Part shown: piece after piece, positions 58,801 to 63,084 of the stretch
Numbering within the stretch: the first letter of the stretch is position 1
Layout: each line of letters opens with the position of its first letter
Translations under genes and position numbers: made by a program
Notes under the pieces: generated by a model
The model's input: only the letters and a program-made list of their open reading frames with translations
The model's database searches: none
Told to the model about the DNA's origin: nothing
NCBI GenBank assembly: GCA_945859975.1
Contig: CAMAPH010000014.1
Location: 1-63,084 of the forward strand
Origin: Chthonomonas calidirosea
GTDB taxonomy: Bacteria; Armatimonadota; Fimbriimonadia; Fimbriimonadales; Fimbriimonadaceae
Direction: 5' to 3'
DNA: 63,084 bases

Positions 58801-61281
58801 TTGATGCTTGCATCTTTGACGAACCGATTTAGACCCTCTGGTAGTCTCACCTTCGTGCGGTGGTTGCTTGGGTGCGCGGTTTTTGCCGCAAGTTTTGGAA
58901 TTGCGTCCGCGAATTGGCAAATTGCGCCAAGCGGCACGCTGCGGTGGGATGAAGCTGATTACGCACCCGTCGGGGTTCGAACTTCCGGAGAACCAGAAGA
59001 ACTCGATCGAATCGCCGCCCTCGGGATCCAAGACGTCATCGTGGACCTTCCGGCCTCGGGCCTCCGTTGGTCTTCGACGATTGAAGATCTAGAAAAGCGA
59101 AAGTTCCGCTATCTGATTCGCGTGAACTCGGCTGCCCCAATGGCCATGGGTATTTCCGTCGAGCCACAGGGGTACCGCATCGTCGGAATCGACGGACCGC
59201 GCGACTTCACTCTTTCGCTCCCCGCTGCACGTTCGGCCCTTGTTGTGGTCGCGCTCAAGAACGACGGATCTGTTTCCCAGCAGTCCCGACTTCCCGTCGT
59301 CAATGGCGTGTTAAAGGTCTCGGTCAAAGGCGGAACTAAAGAGTCCGAGCGCGTAGTTTTGGTTTATCCCGAGCAAGAAAGTGCGCTCGACGTGGACTAC
59401 TGGCAAGCTTTTGACTCCCACCGAGACACCCTGCTCGCGGCTTTGTCGAAAACCCAAGCCGCGACCGGTCTTCGCGGGATCGTGAATCCGTTGGGAAGAA
59501 CCGTTTCCATGACCGGTCGTGGTTCTCGGTTCGTCCCAACCGATCCATTTTTCCGCGCCGAGCTTGCGCGTGCTCTCGAGAGCCGTTATCGAAACGTAGA
59601 TTCGGCGGTTAGAAACTGGGGCATCGGAAGTGCATTTGTGGTCTCAGAAGTCGGATCCCGGCAGGGTGAAAAAGCCAAGGCCCTCACAAGCCTCGCGGAC
59701 GTTGCCCGGCTTGTTCCGCTTTGGTCGGGAGCGCGTGGAGTCCGACAGTTCTTCGATCCTGATCAGAACCGACTTTACTTGTGCGACAGCCAACGGAGCC
59801 GGGCCTGGGATGACATCAACGACGTTATCCAAGAAGTTCAAACCAAGCGATTCGACTCTCTCGCTCGAAGTATCCGCCTGTCACGCCGAATTCCGGTGAT
59901 TCAAGAGTGGAACGGCTGGAGCACGACCTACGAGCGATCCGCGCCCCAGCTCGACGGCATTGGAATTCGCACGGTGGGTTCTAACCGAAGTGACATTCTG
60001 AGCACCGCCGCCCGAGGAGCGAGCAGCGCACTGCGGTGGAGCAAGGCGGCTTGGATTGTTGCGTCCGATGTTGAAACGTCCGAAAACTTGGCCGAAACTG
60101 CCGATACGGTGGATACCCTCCAATCACTGGGTGCCCGCGCGATCTACTTGCGCCTTCCACCTGCCAGCAAATCGGCCGAGTTCAAAGCCCTCATCGCTAG
60201 GCTCAACGAGCGCAGCCTCGTTGCCGATCGACCCCAGACGCTGTTCTTCCCGGAAAACGCATTGGAACCTGGTGCTCCGCAACAGCTTACGGGCGGCACC
60301 TGGTGGCTGCCGAGTCCGGCAAGCGGAAACCGAATTGACCTCGGTGAAGACTGGTTTGCGTACCGTCTCAGCGGTAGAGAAGGCAATGGACTGTATCTCT
60401 GGACCCTCTCCCCGGGGCGGCATCGCCTCAAGCTGCTGAAAACCGACGGCGTTCTAGTGAAGACGCTTGATGGCTCGGACCCCGGAGTTAAGGTTTCTAA
60501 AGGTCGCATCGAATTGAACGTTGGCGAACTGCCGATCCTCATCACTGGCACGGATGAAATTCCGTTGCCCGAGGACGCCTTCACCAAAACAATGACGAAC
60601 TACGGAGCGCTCGCACGCCTGAATCAAGATAAGAAGCGGGACATTGTCGAGGAGACTCTGATGTTCAACGACTACGTTCGAGGTCTCGATCGCAATCCTG
60701 GCGGAAACTTCACCTTGCTGCGAGAGCTATACCGGCGAATGTGCCTCCGCATCGGGGATGCACTCTGGATTGAAGCCGAATCGTCTCGCACACACACGAT
60801 GAGCGACTCGGTTGAAGTGAGCGGCTGCAGCAACGGCACCGCGCTGACTCTAGAGTCACGACTAACCGAGCAGATCGGTTACTTTGCGGAATACACCATC
60901 GGCCCGCAGCCAAGCGAAGATTTGGAACTCTGGATCGCAGCAAGAATTCCGGCCGATCGTAGGGAAGATGTCACCGTGAGCTTTGGATCGCAAACGCTCA
61001 AGTTGGTGGACGCACCGATCTCGCCATACGGACAGGGATTTGCCTGGTATCGACTCGGCGTGACTCAGTCGCAACGCGGAATCGCGAAGCTGGTTATTCG
61101 GGTGAACAAGCCGGACGGAGCCGATTTTGCCTTCGATACGTTGGTTCTGACCCCAGACCCGTTCCGACCGCGTGGAATTCGAGTTCCGGTGCCTAAGCTG
61201 AAGGCGGCGCCGGTAGAAAAGGGTTCGGACGGTCTGACATCCCTTCCGCGTGAAGGCGCTCTAATTCCTCGTAAAGACTAA
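58801..61281 (+). CDS. Large hypothetical secreted protein
   Basis: 826-aa ORF with a signal peptide ending ASA. C-terminus resembles a carbohydrate-binding beta-sandwich (WIEAE...WYRLG...FDTLVLT). Start uncertain. Confidence 0.75.
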   Translation: MMLASLTNRFRPSGSLTFVRWLLGCAVFAASFGIASANWQIAPSGTLRWDEADYAPVGVRTSGEPEELDRIAALGIQDVIVDLPASGLRWSSTIEDLEKRKFRYLIRVNSAAPMAMGISVEPQGYRIVGIDGPRDFTLSLPAARSALVVVALKNDGSVSQQSRLPVVNGVLKVSVKGGTKESERVVLVYPEQESALDVDYWQAFDSHRDTLLAALSKTQAATGLRGIVNPLGRTVSMTGRGSRFVPTDPFFRAELARALESRYRNVDSAVRNWGIGSAFVVSEVGSRQGEKAKALTSLADVARLVPLWSGARGVRQFFDPDQNRLYLCDSQRSRAWDDINDVIQEVQTKRFDSLARSIRLSRRIPVIQEWNGWSTTYERSAPQLDGIGIRTVGSNRSDILSTAARGASSALRWSKAAWIVASDVETSENLAETADTVDTLQSLGARAIYLRLPPASKSAEFKALIARLNERSLVADRPQTLFFPENALEPGAPQQLTGGTWWLPSPASGNRIDLGEDWFAYRLSGREGNGLYLWTLSPGRHRLKLLKTDGVLVKTLDGSDPGVKVSKGRIELNVGELPILITGTDEIPLPEDAFTKTMTNYGALARLNQDKKRDIVEETLMFNDYVRGLDRNPGGNFTLLRELYRRMCLRIGDALWIEAESSRTHTMSDSVEVSGCSNGTALTLESRLTEQIGYFAEYTIGPQPSEDLELWIAARIPADRREDVTVSFGSQTLKLVDAPISPYGQGFAWYRLGVTQSQRGIAKLVIRVNKPDGADFAFDTLVLTPDPFRPRGIRVPVPKLKAAPVEKGSDGLTSLPREGALIPRKD

Positions 61282-61930
61282 GCTCAAGCTGGGCATTCCC
61301 GTAAATGCAATCGGAATGCCCAAGCCGCACTGCCCAACCGGCGTCGCCGTAGCTGTAATGCCACCACTCATCGCGGCAGTTGGAGAATCCGGCGTCCAGC
61401 ATTGACTCCACGAGCAGGGAGCGATTGTGCTGGGCGGTCTCGGTGAGACCGAGAGTGTAAGTCGGCGCGGCTAGAAATCGGTCGTACGGTGACGTCACGT
61501 CCAGCGGCTCCATGTTTTCGTCAACGAGCCAAACATCGACGGCAGCGCCCGTACAGTGGCCAGGAGGGGCCTTCTGGTCGGTAGGAGCTACCCAGCGGCA
61601 AACCGTTCGACGCAGGGCGGCATGATTCCGTTGTGGAAATGCCTCGACGGCGTTTCGCCACATGAAGTCATAAATGCGCTGCTGACGGGAAAGTGGGCGC
61701 CAGCCTTCAATCAGCCCTAGGAAAACTCCTTCGGGAAGACGCTTGGCGGCATGTTCGCACATGAGACCGACCGTTTCGCGAACGTAGGGAATAACGGAAT
61801 CACGGACAAGTCTTACTGACGGGCAGACTTCGGAAATGTGGACGAGCGGCTCGCCATTGTCCGTCTCTCGAATGAGGTTGAGCGCCCGGATGGGTTCCGG
61901 GCGACCTTTGGTTCTATCCCAAGGAGCCAT
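61193..61930 (-). CDS. M15-family D-Ala-D-Ala dipeptidase (VanX/DdpX-like)
   Basis: EGWRP..RQ, HCTGAAVDV, EWWHYSYGD. Confidence 0.9.
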   Translation of the reverse strand: MAPWDRTKGRPEPIRALNLIRETDNGEPLVHISEVCPSVRLVRDSVIPYVRETVGLMCEHAAKRLPEGVFLGLIEGWRPLSRQQRIYDFMWRNAVEAFPQRNHAALRRTVCRWVAPTDQKAPPGHCTGAAVDVWLVDENMEPLDVTSPYDRFLAAPTYTLGLTETAQHNRSLLVESMLDAGFSNCRDEWWHYSYGDAGWAVRLGHSDCIYGNAQLELSLYEELERLHAEGMSDRPNPFLPAPPSA

Positions 61931-61996
61931 TGTCTTTTAAACGCTTGCCTCTCTTGGGATTTTGTTCTGCGGTGCCATTCGCTAATCGTGAGTCTA

Positions 61997-62072
61997 TGGT
62001 GCCTCAGGCCGGACTCGAACCGGCGACCCAAGCATTTTCAGTGCTTTGCTCTACCAACTGAGCTACCGAGGC
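61997..62072 (-). tRNA. tRNA-Phe (GAA)
   Basis: Reverse complement GCCTCGG TAGCTCAGTTGGTAGAGC A AAGCA CTGAAAA TGCTT ... TTCGAGT ... CTGAGGC A CCA. Confidence 0.96.
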
Positions 62073-62075
62073 GAA

Positions 62076-62151
<76 letters not shown>

Positions 62152-62220
62152 AGACAAGGGTTGAGTATGACAGCGACTTTTCCAGTTTGCAACCCCCCTG
62201 CTCAATGAAGGGGAATTCTC

Positions 62221-62676
62221 TCAAATTGGTCGGTTGACGAGAAGCCAGTACATCACGATTTCGAGGATTCTCTCGGAATACTCTTCGCTTTCCGAAGGCT
62301 TCGAAACAAAGCTATTGGCTCCAGTGCTCAATGCGAGCTTTGCTTGGGCGGTGTCCTCCATCGCGGTAAAGACCACAACCGGAGTGAACTGGGTGTTTCC
62401 GTTCGCTCGAATCCGCTGAAGAACCTCCAGACCACCGAGCTTTGGAAGCTTTAGATCAAGCAGGATGAGCGATGGTAGCAGTGTTGTGTCGCGTCCGGCG
62501 AACTTTCCTTCGCCGGTCAAGTAGTCCACTGCCTCCTGACCATCGCAGGCAACGATGACCTCATTCATTACATTATTCTTTCTCAATGCACGGAGGGTAA
62601 GCCGCTCGTCATCCGTGTTGTCCTCGATGAGAAGGATGAGCTTGTGCGCGTTTTCGTTTTTGGTGATTCTCTCCAT
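62221..62676 (-). CDS. Single-domain response regulator (Rcp1-like)
   Basis: ILLIEDNTDD, LILLDLKLPK, GANSFVSKP, YWL. Confidence 0.93.
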   Translation of the reverse strand: MERITKNENAHKLILLIEDNTDDERLTLRALRKNNVMNEVIVACDGQEAVDYLTGEGKFAGRDTTLLPSLILLDLKLPKLGGLEVLQRIRANGNTQFTPVVVFTAMEDTAQAKLALSTGANSFVSKPSESEEYSERILEIVMYWLLVNRPI

Positions 62677-62830
62677 GGCCTTCCACAAGTTGAAATGAAC
62701 ACCTTATTCTTACCGAAAGTTGACCCCTCGCGTACAAAACTTGAAGGACGATCCCAGTTTTGATGCGCTAGAGACTTAATTCTTCCGTTGACCTTTCTTT
62801 CTTCGGGCTTGTTTTGCTATGGTGAGCGTC

Positions 62831-63084
62831 ATGGCAGAAGAAACGAAGGGCCACATTGAGCACTCGAAGTCCGACCAACGTCGCGGACTTGCTGGTGCAA
62901 TGCCGCGAAAGCTGAACGTGACGATGATGGGAGCTGGAAGCGGCTTCACGAACAGCGTTCTCAAAGATGTCGTACTTATCCCAGACTCGGTGGGTGGCGA
63001 ACTCCGACTGATCGACATTGATGCCGAGCGACTAGAGCTCAGCCGAAAGCTGATGGTCAAGGTCCTCGAGGCCGTGGGCGAGGG
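62831..63084 (+). CDS. GH4 family glycosidase (alpha-galactosidase-like), N-terminal part; runs off the window
   Basis: Not in the ORF track. Manual translation: MAEETKGH...KLNVTMMGAGSGFTNSVLKDVV...ELRLIDIDAERLE, the GH4 NAD-binding motif. Confidence 0.85.
   Translation, partial: MAEETKGHIEHSKSDQRRGLAGAMPRKLNVTMMGAGSGFTNSVLKDVVLIPDSVGGELRLIDIDAERLELSRKLMVKVLEAVGE

Overview
A ~63 kb stretch of a GC-rich bacterial chromosome, most likely Armatimonadota (Fimbriimonas-like). That assignment is inferred from three [28 protein letters not shown] prepilin-type genes and the general gene content. Most of the window is housekeeping: dnaB, mntH, a CDF transporter, ispG, radC, pgk, rqcH/NFACT, a glnD-like gene, dnaE, rdgB, secDF, tkt, and tRNA-Arg(UCG), tRNA-Phe and tRNA-Asp. 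Accessory parts: (i) left of tRNA-Arg, a 5'-truncated RHS gene missing from the ORF track and an AAA-ATPase/RloB (AbiL-like) pair, bracketed by two ~101-bp GTAG-REP-like direct repeats and followed by phased 10-bp repeats and AT-rich hairpins; (ii) three copies of a module made of a LacI-type palindrome, a prepilin-like gene and a tiny membrane-anchored Pro-rich protein. Two of these are convergent, headed by LacI (one intact, one apparently decayed) and end in a secreted glycoside hydrolase (GH44, GH30). This is my best candidate for an undescribed pilin-based polysaccharide-utilisation system. Also notable are a radC-translin pair, apparently widespread leaderless genes and a collapsed metY-like remnant. 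All calls come from motif recognition by eye; no searches were run.
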